Assembly (NCBI GenBank): GCA_900318585.1
Contig: ONKY01000033.1
Coordinates: 1,801 to 65,800 of the forward strand
Direction: 5' to 3'
DNA from: an uncultured Prevotellaceae bacterium
GTDB lineage: Bacteria > Bacteroidota > Bacteroidia > Bacteroidales > Bacteroidaceae
DNA: 64,000 nucleotides
A program made the position numbers and the translations under genes. Under the pieces are notes generated by a model. That model was given only the letters and a program-made list of their open reading frames with translations. It had not been told where the DNA came from and made no database searches. Below are positions 19,038 through 28,516 of this stretch, piece by piece. Within the stretch, counting starts at the first letter, position 1. Every line of letters starts with the position of its first letter.

Positions 19038-20396
19038 CTATTTTTCTTGCATTAACTTATTAAAATCTTCCAAAGAAACGCTCTTTTCGGTCAATTTTAT
19101 CACTGACTTGAGTGTTTGCATGAGCTTCAGCTCAACAGCGCGGTCAACAAAATTGTCAATGTTCTCACGCTTCTTCAACTGCTCAGCGGCATAGTTCTCT
19201 AAAACGTCATCGGGCACGTTGCTCATGCCATACTGGGCAAACTGCTGACGGACGATATCCTTGGCAACTGCCTTCACATCGTCATCCTCAATCTTCACCT
19301 GGTTGGCACTGACAAGCTGCTCCTTGATCAAGTGCCATTTCAGCTCACGGATACTGCCGTCAAAGTTTTTCTCTACATAGTCGGCACCACGATCTTGGTT
19401 GTTCAGGAGCATCACTCGCTTCAACAAGGCCTCGGGGAACTTCACGTCGCCCACCTTCTTCTCCAAATAGGCACGCACGTCCTGCAGGAAACGGAAGTCA
19501 CTATTCTGCTGCAGCTGAAGCTTTACAGTATCGGCAATCTTCTGGCGGAACTCTTTCTCGTCCTTGCAGGTGCCCTCGCCAAAGACACGGTCGAACAAGG
19601 TCTGGTTCACCTCGGCGGGTTGGAAGTGGCGGATTTCCGTCACCTGGAAGCTGAAGTCGCTCTCCAAGTCTTTCACCTGCTCCTTATCCACCTTCAGCAG
19701 GGCAGCTACCTCTGCATCATTGTCGGGATAAGCTTTCTTGGGATTGAAGGTGATAATGTCGCCGGGCTTGCAGCCGTCGAACAGCTTGCGTTGGGCCTCG
19801 TCTTTGATATAGGCAGGCATGATCATGCCGCTGTCGGTCGTGATGCCACCCTCCAAAGTGCTACCCTTCTCATCAAGCTGGCGGAGGTCACCGGTAATCG
19901 TGTCGTTACCATTAAACACTTCGGCCTTCTGGAACTCACCGGCCTGCTGGGCATACATCTTTACCTGATCGTCTATGAGTTTGTCGTCTACCTTAATATT
20001 ATAATAGGTAATCTTATCCTTGGCCGTCAGCTCCGCATTCATCTCAGGAGCCACAGCGATGTCGAACATGAAAGTGAAGGGGCCGTCACCAGCCAAGTCC
20101 TGCGGCTGCTGTTTCTCGCTGGCCAAAGGCTCACCCAGCATCTGGATCTTGTTCTCGCGGATATATTCCGTCAGCTTCTCGCCCAAAAGATGGTTAATCT
20201 CGTCCATCTTTACCTGAGTGCCAAACTGGCGCTTAATCATTCCCATCGGAGCAGTGCCAGGACGGAAACCTGGGATGTTGGCACGCTTGCGATAGTTTTT
20301 CAGTGTCTTGTCTACCTTCTCCTGGTAGTCTGCCTGCTCAACGGTAATCGTCATCAGACCGTTGATTTTGTCGGGATTTTCAAATGAGATATTCAT
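19038..20396 (-). CDS. tig: Trigger factor
   Basis: IPGFRPG ribosome-binding motif; tig-clpP-clpX order. Confidence 0.95.
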   Translation of the reverse strand: MNISFENPDKINGLMTITVEQADYQEKVDKTLKNYRKRANIPGFRPGTAPMGMIKRQFGTQVKMDEINHLLGEKLTEYIRENKIQMLGEPLASEKQQPQDLAGDGPFTFMFDIAVAPEMNAELTAKDKITYYNIKVDDKLIDDQVKMYAQQAGEFQKAEVFNGNDTITGDLRQLDEKGSTLEGGITTDSGMIMPAYIKDEAQRKLFDGCKPGDIITFNPKKAYPDNDAEVAALLKVDKEQVKDLESDFSFQVTEIRHFQPAEVNQTLFDRVFGEGTCKDEKEFRQKIADTVKLQLQQNSDFRFLQDVRAYLEKKVGDVKFPEALLKRVMLLNNQDRGADYVEKNFDGSIRELKWHLIKEQLVSANQVKIEDDDVKAVAKDIVRQQFAQYGMSNVPDDVLENYAAEQLKKRENIDNFVDRAVELKLMQTLKSVIKLTEKSVSLEDFNKLMQEK

Positions 20397-20450
20397 CTTT
20401 CTATTTACAATTTACGGATTTGCAATTAACTATTTCTCAAAATTGAGGTG

Positions 20451-20541
20451 CAAAATTACGGATAAATGCTGTAAAAGCCGCAGAATTACCAATTTTTAAC
20501 GCAACAAGACCGCCCGACACGACAAATTTACTGTAAATTTG
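20451..20541. promoter_or_regulatory. Divergent -7 promoter elements for tig and the threonine aldolase operon
   Basis: TAATTTTG (minus, 20458-20451) and TAAATTTG (plus, 20534-20541). Confidence 0.6.
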
Positions 20542-20614
20542 CAAAGAAAATCATAAAACGCAAATAGAAAACCACAAATAGTAAACAGATAAACGTAAAT
20601 CGCGAATACTACAG

Positions 20615-21673
20615 ATGATATCATTTGAATGTGATTATAATAACGGAGCCTGCCGACAGGTACTCGACAACTTAGTGAAATACAACGATACCAAGCCAAC
20701 GCCCTATGGTTTCGACGAGTTTTCGGAGCGTGCCAAGAAGCGCATCCGCGAAGCATGTGGGCTGCCTGATGCGCAGATATTCTTCCTGACAGGCGGCACA
20801 CAGGCCAATGCCACCACCATCGACTCCATGCTCTACCAGTACGAGGGTGTCATCTGTGTGGGCAGCGGCCACATCAACGTCCACGAGGCAGGAGCGGTGG
20901 AGTTTACTGAGCACAAAATCATCACCCTGCCCGACACAGAGGGCAAGATGGAGGCGAAGGTCTTGAACAAGTACTTGGATGACTATATGCACGACGGCAA
21001 CAAGGACCATGCCGTTCATCCAGGCTTGGTTTACATCACTTTCCCCACGGAATTTGGCACGCTCTATACTGCCAAGGAATTAGATGACATCTACCAGGTG
21101 TGCCTACGCTACGAGATTCCGCTGTATATTGACGGTGCACGCTTAGGCTACGGTCTGATGGCAGAGGGGAACGACGTCACCCTACCCTACCTTGCCCGCC
21201 ATTGTGACGTCTTCTATATAGGCGGTACAAAGATTGGCGCCCTCTGCGGTGAAGCCGTAGTGTTCACCAACCGCAAGGCACACAAGCACTTCTTCTCCAT
21301 CCAGAAGCAACACGGGGCAGTCATTGCTAAAGGTGCCCTCATCGGACTGCAGTTTGAGGCACTGTTTACTGACAAGCTCTACTTCCGCCTATCGGAGCAC
21401 GCCATACGGATGGCCATGCGGATGAAACGCATCTTCCAGCAGAAGGGCTACCAGTTCTACATCGATTCGCCTACCAACCAACAGTTTGTTATCATCGACA
21501 ACGAGCAGGTGGAACGCTTAGGGAAGAAAGTGCAGTTCACGCACTTCGGACAGACCGACCACCATCACACCATCTGCCGCTTTGTCACCAGCTGGGCGAC
21601 GACCGAGGAGGAAATCGACGAGTTAGAACAGACATTGGAAATGCAGATAGTAAACAAGGTTCAAAAGAGATAA
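20615..21673 (+). CDS. Low-specificity L-threonine aldolase family PLP enzyme
   Basis: SFECDY, GGTQAN, HINVHEAGA, YIDGARL, FYIGGTK (PLP lysine), RFVTSWAT. Confidence 0.9.
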   Translation: MISFECDYNNGACRQVLDNLVKYNDTKPTPYGFDEFSERAKKRIREACGLPDAQIFFLTGGTQANATTIDSMLYQYEGVICVGSGHINVHEAGAVEFTEHKIITLPDTEGKMEAKVLNKYLDDYMHDGNKDHAVHPGLVYITFPTEFGTLYTAKELDDIYQVCLRYEIPLYIDGARLGYGLMAEGNDVTLPYLARHCDVFYIGGTKIGALCGEAVVFTNRKAHKHFFSIQKQHGAVIAKGALIGLQFEALFTDKLYFRLSEHAIRMAMRMKRIFQQKGYQFYIDSPTNQQFVIIDNEQVERLGKKVQFTHFGQTDHHHTICRFVTSWATTEEEIDELEQTLEMQIVNKVQKR

Positions 21674-21674
21674 A

Positions 21675-23141
21675 GTGGAAGAGAAAGTGGAGGTAAAAAA
21701 GAATGGCGGGAAGAAGGTGCTACTGTTCTACCTTCTTGCCTTCTTGCTCTTTTCCGCCGCCTGCTGGCTGTTCTTCCAATACAAATACCCATGCCACTTC
21801 TTCTATCAGGAGCAGAACCAGCTATTCCTCTTGGACTGGGAGTACGTGAGTTCATATTTCGACAAGCCGGGCGGACTGGCTCGTCTTGGTGGTGACTTCC
21901 TGACACAGTTCTATTATTATCTGTACGCGGGCGCAAGCATCCTCACATTCTGCCTACTCTTGTCTGGCATCCTACTGGGCTGTGCTCTGCGCCGCTTCGG
22001 GCTGAACAGTTACGTTGCACTGGCCATTGCGCTGGCGGTGATCATCTTCTCCGCTGTCTGCCACTTCAACGTGAGCTACCGACTGAGCGAAACGGTTTCC
22101 CTATTTGGATGGACGCTGACGTTATGGCTCGTCTCCCTAATTAGGAACCGGTGGCTCCGGCTGTCTTGCTTGGCAATCATGCTGTTACCAGCCTTCCTGC
22201 TCTTCTCCTATCCACACATCCGCCAACTTCAGCAGCCAAACTTCATCCTTGAGAAGGATTTCGCCATCGATGCGGAGTACCGCTTCAACAACTACGACCA
22301 CGTAGTGAACATGGCTGAAAACGCCGAAGAACTGACTGAGCAGATGCTTTTCTTCTATAACCTGGTGCAGGCGCAGCGGGACCAGCTGCCTGACCACCTG
22401 CTGCGATTCACGCCTAACCAGCTTGGCACATTCTACAAGATAGGGCCGGAGACACCGCGCCTGACCATCATCAACATGAACGAGCTTTACTGGGCCTTGG
22501 GCGATATGACTTTCACCGAGCGTGCCGCCATGATGACCAACGTCTTTGCTTCGCAGAACCGTAACGTCCGAATGATCAAGCGATTGGCAGAGTGTGCCAT
22601 CGTCAGCAAGGACACCGTGGCACAGCAGAAGTTCCTGCGGCTGTTAGAGAAAACGCTCGTTTACCGCCAATGGGCGGCGGATGCTAGGAAGGGACTGTTC
22701 ACCCATCACGATGGGCACCTCTACGCACAGAAAATGCTGTTGGTTCCCCAGCGCGACACCATCACGACCTCAGATAATGCCCACCACATCATGGTACAGC
22801 TGTTGGACCGCAATCCCGACAACCGGATTGCGCTGGACTACATGCTCTGTAGCGACTTGCTGCTGAAGGATATCGAGAGTTTCAAGCGAGACTACGACCG
22901 CTATTGCTTAGACGACAAACGCCCCGTCATGATGAATCGGTGTTTCCAGAAGAGACTCTATCAGGAGGCTCTCTGCATCTGGCTCGCTGGCACGGAAGCA
23001 CCGCAGGAGCAGTGGGAGCGGTACATCCACCTGCCCAAGGTGCTGCAACGCTTCCAGGAGTACAACCAGCAGCGCGGCAGCACTCGTTTCAAGGACACCT
23101 ACTGGTATTATTTTGACAAGATAAAAGCCCCCGAGATATGA
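21675..23141 (+). CDS. DUF6057-like membrane protein
   Basis: YQEQNQLFL, PGGLA..GDFLTQFYY, several TM helices, ends TYWYYF; usually paired with a TolB-like gene. Confidence 0.75.
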   Translation: MEEKVEVKKNGGKKVLLFYLLAFLLFSAACWLFFQYKYPCHFFYQEQNQLFLLDWEYVSSYFDKPGGLARLGGDFLTQFYYYLYAGASILTFCLLLSGILLGCALRRFGLNSYVALAIALAVIIFSAVCHFNVSYRLSETVSLFGWTLTLWLVSLIRNRWLRLSCLAIMLLPAFLLFSYPHIRQLQQPNFILEKDFAIDAEYRFNNYDHVVNMAENAEELTEQMLFFYNLVQAQRDQLPDHLLRFTPNQLGTFYKIGPETPRLTIINMNELYWALGDMTFTERAAMMTNVFASQNRNVRMIKRLAECAIVSKDTVAQQKFLRLLEKTLVYRQWAADARKGLFTHHDGHLYAQKMLLVPQRDTITTSDNAHHIMVQLLDRNPDNRIALDYMLCSDLLLKDIESFKRDYDRYCLDDKRPVMMNRCFQKRLYQEALCIWLAGTEAPQEQWERYIHLPKVLQRFQEYNQQRGSTRFKDTYWYYFDKIKAPEI

Positions 23142-24610
23142 GACGACTGTTATACCTCTTAATTTTTTTTCCTTTCTTCTTCTCCTGTGCGCCTTCTCCT
23201 GAGAACGTGCAGAAGAGTGAAAGCCTGCCGTCCATCTATCCCGACTACATTGGCGTAACCATCCCCGTAAACATTGCTCCGCTAAACTTCCTCGTACGTA
23301 CTGAGGGCTGCGAGGCCATACAGGCAGTTGCGACGAGCAACAGCCAGCACAGCATCGTGGTAAACGCAAGAAGCAACGAGGTGGTCTTCGACATCGACGA
23401 ATGGAAGGTGCTGACCAGCAACGCGGACAGTATTGAAGTGACCGTCACCGTCCTTGTCAACGGCCAGTGGACGGAATACCAGTCCTTCCGCTGGTATGTG
23501 GTGAAAGACACGATAGACCCTTACCTAACCTACCGCCTCATCGAGCCTGACTACGAGATATGGAACAATGTGCAGATCCAGCAGCGCCACGTAGAGAACT
23601 TCGACGTAACAGCCATCGGACACTACGAACAATTGGAAAACCGCTGCATGAACTGCCATACCTACGGCTCACAGAACCCGGAGCTGTCGATGATGTATGT
23701 ACGCGGCCCTGGCGGCGGCGCCATCCTCAACCAGCATGGCACACTACAAAAGCTCAGCATCCCTGGCAGTGTATATTTCGGATTCAGCCCTGACGGACGT
23801 TACATCGTCTACTCTACGAACAACATCTTCCCGGCCTTCCACAGCGTTCCGAAGAAACGTCTGGAAGTGTTCGACTCACAGTCGAACATTTTCGTGGCCG
23901 ACCTTCAGGAGCGCCGCATCCTCTCGTCGCCTTTGCTCAGCGACAGTATGAAATTCGAGACCTTCCCCACCTTCTCGCCCGACGGAAAGTATATCTATTA
24001 CTGCGCTGCCGACAGTGTCTCGCTTCCGCAGGACATCAAAAAGCTGCACTACGCCCTCGTCCGTATCCCCTTCGACGGACAGACCGGCCAGTTCGGCACG
24101 CAGGTGGACACCCTTGTCCATTGTACTGCGATGGCATCGCAGCCAACGGAACAATCTATCAGTCACCCGCGTCTCTCGCCCGACGGCCGCCACCTTCTCT
24201 ATACCGTGGCAGATTACGGTACATTCCCCATTTGGCACCCCGAGGCCGACCTGCGAATGCTTGACCTTGAGACGGGCACAATAGACTCCCTGCAAGTGGT
24301 AAACAGCCAAAAAAGTGATACCTACCACTCCTGGTCATCCAACAGCCGCTGGTTTGTCTTTGCCTCCAAGCGCGACGACGGTCTCTTCGGCAAGCCCTAC
24401 TTCTGCTACGTGGACACGGCGGGCCACGCCCACAAGCCGTTCTGCCTACCACAGCGTCACCCCACGTTCTATGACAACACGCTCAAGTCGTTTAATGCCC
24501 CAGAACTGGGCCGTGGACCCGTATGGTTCGACGCCAAAGACGTAGCCCGTGCCATGAAACAGGAGGCAGTGCGCTTCACAGCCGGCTCCACCGTAAAGAA
24601 TAAAGAATAG
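23138..24610 (+). CDS. TolB/PD40 beta-propeller lipoprotein with CxxCH motif
   Basis: Lipobox FFSC, PSIYPDY..IPVNIAPLNF, RCMNCH, repeated FSPDG, WSSNSRWFVFASKRDDG. Confidence 0.8.
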   Translation: MRRLLYLLIFFPFFFSCAPSPENVQKSESLPSIYPDYIGVTIPVNIAPLNFLVRTEGCEAIQAVATSNSQHSIVVNARSNEVVFDIDEWKVLTSNADSIEVTVTVLVNGQWTEYQSFRWYVVKDTIDPYLTYRLIEPDYEIWNNVQIQQRHVENFDVTAIGHYEQLENRCMNCHTYGSQNPELSMMYVRGPGGGAILNQHGTLQKLSIPGSVYFGFSPDGRYIVYSTNNIFPAFHSVPKKRLEVFDSQSNIFVADLQERRILSSPLLSDSMKFETFPTFSPDGKYIYYCAADSVSLPQDIKKLHYALVRIPFDGQTGQFGTQVDTLVHCTAMASQPTEQSISHPRLSPDGRHLLYTVADYGTFPIWHPEADLRMLDLETGTIDSLQVVNSQKSDTYHSWSSNSRWFVFASKRDDGLFGKPYFCYVDTAGHAHKPFCLPQRHPTFYDNTLKSFNAPELGRGPVWFDAKDVARAMKQEAVRFTAGSTVKNKE

Positions 24611-24643
24611 ATTGATTTTAATAACATAATACAACTACCAATT

Positions 24644-26134
24644 ATGGAACCATTCATGCTTTATGCCATTATCGGTGCAGCCGTCCTGCTGCTCATTCTC
24701 TTTGTGTTCATCTCCTACGTGAAGGCACCGCCCTCATTTGCCTTCATCATCTCAGGTCTTAGTAAGGAACCGCGCGTACTCATCGGTTCCGGCGGTTTCC
24801 GCATTCCCTTCTTAGAACGTCTTGACAAGGTGTACCTCGGACAGATTACCGTTGACATCAAAACCGAGGAGAGCGTACCTACCAACGACTTCATCAACGT
24901 CGATGTGGACGCCGTGGCCAAGATCCGCGTCACACCTAACTCCGAGGGTACTCGCTTGGCCGCCAAGAACTTTCTGAACATGCAGCCGAACGAGATAGCC
25001 GAACAGCTACAGGACTCCCTGCAGGGTAACATGCGTGAGATTATCGGCACACTCGACCTGCGCTCCCTCAACACCGACCGCGATGGATTCTCCGATCAGG
25101 TGATGATGAAAGCCTCGCCCGACATGGCCAAGCTGGGCATCGAGATTATCTCATGTAACATCCAGAACGTCACCGACAAGGAGGGCCTCATCCACGACCT
25201 CGGTGCCGACAACACCGCCAAGATTAAGAAAGACGCCAGCATCAACAGAGCCAATGCCGAGCGCGACGTAAAGATACAGGTGGCACATGCCGACAAGGAT
25301 GCCAACGATGCCCGTGTGGATGCCGACACCGCCATCGCCATTAAGAACAACGACCTGGCCCTGAAGCGCGCCGCCCTGAAGCGTGAGGCCGACACCGCCC
25401 AGGCAGATGCCGATGCCGCCTACGCCATCCAGCAACAGGAGCAGCAGAAGACCATCAACATTAAGACCGTCGAGGCCGAGATCGAGAAGACCAAGCGCGA
25501 GCAAATTCTGTCGAAGGAACAGATTGAGATCAAGCAGAACCAGCTGGCAGCCGAGATTGAGAAGAAAGCCGACGCCGACAAGTACAAAGTGGAGAAGGAT
25601 GCCGCCGCCGACCTGGAGCAGCGTAAACGTGTGGCCGAAGCCCAAAAGTACGAGGCCGAGCAGCGCGCCCTAGCACAGAATGCCGAGTCCGACGCCGTAC
25701 GCTACCGCTTAGAGCAGGAGGCAATAGGTATCAAGGCCAAGGGTGAGGCCGAGGCCTACGCCATCCAGAAGAAAGGTGAGGCAGAAGCTCTGGCCATGGA
25801 CAAGAAGGCCGAGGCCTACAAGAAGTACAACAACGCCGCCGTCATGCAGATGATGATCGAGGTGCTGCCGCAGGTGGTAGAGAACGTGGCCAAGCCCATT
25901 AGTGCCATCAAGGACGTCAATATCTATAGCGGAGATGGCAATGGTATCAGCGCCATGAGTGGCAACGTACCCATCGCTATCAAGCAGGCCTTCGACGTGC
26001 TGAAGTCGGCCACCGGTGTAGACATGGCCGACATCATGCGTGCTGGAACCATCGAGGCTAAGACCACACGGAACGTGAACCTGAACGACCAGGCCCGCGA
26101 TGCCGCCGACCACCTGACCGGCAAGGACTCGTAA
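24644..26134 (+). CDS. Flotillin/SPFH domain protein
   Basis: N-terminal TM, band-7 domain (LQGNMREIIG), AEA-rich coiled coil. Confidence 0.9.
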   Translation: MEPFMLYAIIGAAVLLLILFVFISYVKAPPSFAFIISGLSKEPRVLIGSGGFRIPFLERLDKVYLGQITVDIKTEESVPTNDFINVDVDAVAKIRVTPNSEGTRLAAKNFLNMQPNEIAEQLQDSLQGNMREIIGTLDLRSLNTDRDGFSDQVMMKASPDMAKLGIEIISCNIQNVTDKEGLIHDLGADNTAKIKKDASINRANAERDVKIQVAHADKDANDARVDADTAIAIKNNDLALKRAALKREADTAQADADAAYAIQQQEQQKTINIKTVEAEIEKTKREQILSKEQIEIKQNQLAAEIEKKADADKYKVEKDAAADLEQRKRVAEAQKYEAEQRALAQNAESDAVRYRLEQEAIGIKAKGEAEAYAIQKKGEAEALAMDKKAEAYKKYNNAAVMQMMIEVLPQVVENVAKPISAIKDVNIYSGDGNGISAMSGNVPIAIKQAFDVLKSATGVDMADIMRAGTIEAKTTRNVNLNDQARDAADHLTGKDS

Positions 26135-26220
26135 TTCGTAATTCATCATTCGTAATTCATCATTCGTAATTCATAATTCGTAATTCATAATTCGTAATTC
26201 GTAATTCGTAATTCGTAATC
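26127..26220. repeat. Heptamer tandem array (TAATTCG/TAATTCA variants, about 12 units)
   Basis: Visible tandem repeat filling the flotillin-MATE gap. Confidence 0.9.
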
Positions 26221-26224
26221 CCCC

Positions 26225-27592
26225 GTGTCCGACCTCCTGTCTTATATCCGCGAAGGGCGCACGATGACGCAGAGCGAGAAGCTACGGCTCATCGTGAGCC
26301 TCTCCGTGCCCTCCATCCTGGCACAGATCTCGGCCACGGTCATGTTCTTCATCGACGCATCGATGGTAGGACACCTCGGTGCAAAGGCGTCAGCAGCCAT
26401 CGGTATTGTCGAAACCACAGGCTGGCTGATGGGCGGTCTGGCCTCGGCGGCCAACATGGGTTTCTCCGTGCAGGTGGCACACTTTATCGGCGCCAACGAC
26501 TTTGAGGCCGCCCGTCGTGTGCTGCGTCAGTCGCTCGTCTGCTGCATCGTCTGGGCGGTCATCATCTCGCTGACGGCCGTCATCATCGCTCCGTCACTAC
26601 CCTACTGGATGGGCGGTAGCGAGGAGATAGCCTACGACGCCTCTCGCTATTTCGCCATCTTCGGCGCCTGCGGTATCTTCTTCCAGATGGAGGGGTTGGC
26701 GGGTTCCATGCTGAAGTGCTCGGGCAATATGAAGATACCCTCCGCCCTCAACATCCTCATGTGCTGCATGGACGTAGCGTTCAACTACCTATTCATCTAT
26801 GTACTCAACATGGGTGTGGCAGGTGCTGCTGTCGGAACGGGAATGGCCATGCTGATCACCGCCGGTCTGATGCTCTGGTTCCTACTGGTACGCAGCGACA
26901 TGCTGCGGTTGAAAGGCAGGCCAGGTAGTTTCCGTCCCAAGGCTGACACCGTGCACACCGCTTTCAAAATTGGCGCACCGATGGGGCTGCAGCATGTACT
27001 CATGGGCGGCGCACAGGTGGTGAGCACCATCATCGTGGCACCGCTTGGCACCATTGCCATTGCAGCCCATTCGCTGGCGATCACCGTTGAGAGTCTCTGC
27101 TACATGCCAGGCTTCGGCATAGCGGAAGCCGCCACGACACTCGTCGGACAGGGCATCGGTGCCGGTCAGCGCCTGCTCACCCGCTCGTTTGCCTACATGT
27201 CTGTTGGGCTCGGCATTGCCGTGATGACGCTGATGGGCGTGCTGATGTGGGTGTTCGCCCCCGAATTGATGGGCATCATGTCGCCAGTCGAGTCAATTGT
27301 CTCCTTGGGTGCCGACGTGCTGCGCATCGAAGCATGGGCAGAGCCCATGTTTGCCGCCGCCATTGTCTGCAACGGTGTGTTCCTCGGTGCTGGCGACACT
27401 CTTAAGCCAGCCATCATGAGTCTCGGCTCCATGTGGCTCGTCCGACTGACGCTCGCCGCCGCCCTCGCCTCGCGCTTCGGCCTAAAGGGAGTGTGGACGG
27501 CCATGGCCGTTGAGCTCACCTTCCGCGGTCTCCTCTTCCTCATCCGCCTCCTCCGTGGCAGCTGGCAGAATACGTTGCGGCCTTCGGCCTAA
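26225..27592 (+). CDS. MATE family efflux transporter
   Basis: About 12 TM helices, IDASMVGHLG, GVAGAAVGT, GLKGVW. Confidence 0.92.
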   Translation: MSDLLSYIREGRTMTQSEKLRLIVSLSVPSILAQISATVMFFIDASMVGHLGAKASAAIGIVETTGWLMGGLASAANMGFSVQVAHFIGANDFEAARRVLRQSLVCCIVWAVIISLTAVIIAPSLPYWMGGSEEIAYDASRYFAIFGACGIFFQMEGLAGSMLKCSGNMKIPSALNILMCCMDVAFNYLFIYVLNMGVAGAAVGTGMAMLITAGLMLWFLLVRSDMLRLKGRPGSFRPKADTVHTAFKIGAPMGLQHVLMGGAQVVSTIIVAPLGTIAIAAHSLAITVESLCYMPGFGIAEAATTLVGQGIGAGQRLLTRSFAYMSVGLGIAVMTLMGVLMWVFAPELMGIMSPVESIVSLGADVLRIEAWAEPMFAAAIVCNGVFLGAGDTLKPAIMSLGSMWLVRLTLAAALASRFGLKGVWTAMAVELTFRGLLFLIRLLRGSWQNTLRPSA

Positions 27593-27656
27593 AGAAAAAA
27601 GAAGAAATATAAAAGAAAAAACAAAGAAGAAATAAGAAATCTAAAACTCCATTAAG

Positions 27657-28355
27657 ATGAATACGAAAACTGGAAACCGACAGCTGGCGGGTTTATTACT
27701 AATTCTTTTTTATTTTTTATTTAGCCCCGCAGGGGCGCAGAACCGTGCCGAAGTGCTTCTTGAGACCTCCGAAGGCAACATCCGAATAGCCCTTTACGAC
27801 GAGACACCGCGCCACCGTGACAATTTTCTTAACCTTGTCCACAACCACTTCTACGATTCGCTGCTCTTCCACCGAGTCATTCCCAACTTCATGATTCAAG
27901 GCGGCGACCCCACCAGCCGACGCGCCCAGCCGGGCCAGAGCCTTGGGGAGGGTGACCTTCCCTACACCATCGAGCCAGAATTCCGCCTGCCCGACATCTA
28001 CCACCGCCGAGGTGTAGTGGCTGCCGCCCGCGAGAACGACGACGTGAACCCAGAACAGCGTTCCAGCGCCTGCCAGTTTTACATTGTCTGGGGAAAAACC
28101 TACTCTACCGTAGACATCCAGAAGATGCAGCAACGCCTTGACGAAAGAACCAACCACCGCGTGCAGCTCACACCAGAGCAGATACAAACCTACCGAAAGG
28201 TGGGCGGTTCGCCCCATCTTGACGGCCAATACACCGTCTTCGGCGAAGTGGTAGAGGGTATGGACGTTGTCGACCGCATCCAGCACTACGACACCGACGA
28301 CTACGACCGACCTATCCACGACGTCCGCATCCTCCGTGCCACGGTGGTGAAATAA
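27657..28355 (+). CDS. Cyclophilin-type peptidyl-prolyl isomerase, exported
   Basis: FHRVIPNFMIQGGDP, QFYIV, HLDGQYTVFGEV. Confidence 0.95.
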   Translation: MNTKTGNRQLAGLLLILFYFLFSPAGAQNRAEVLLETSEGNIRIALYDETPRHRDNFLNLVHNHFYDSLLFHRVIPNFMIQGGDPTSRRAQPGQSLGEGDLPYTIEPEFRLPDIYHRRGVVAAARENDDVNPEQRSSACQFYIVWGKTYSTVDIQKMQQRLDERTNHRVQLTPEQIQTYRKVGGSPHLDGQYTVFGEVVEGMDVVDRIQHYDTDDYDRPIHDVRILRATVVK

Positions 28356-28424
28356 TGAATCTTATCGCATTAAAGGTATAACACCAAAGGTGTGACTCCA
28401 AAAGCATAATCAAAGTTGCAATGT

Positions 28425-28459
28425 GAATGGCTTCGCAGCTATGCTCTGCGAAGCCATTC
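28425..28459. terminator. Hairpin between convergent genes
   Basis: 14-bp perfect stem gaatggcttcgcag / ctgcgaagccattc, 7-nt loop. Confidence 0.65.
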
Positions 28460-28516
28460 TACCATGAACTTGTCTTTAACTCGTAAACGCCCCTTCTGAC
28501 AGGTTAGCCGCAGGAG

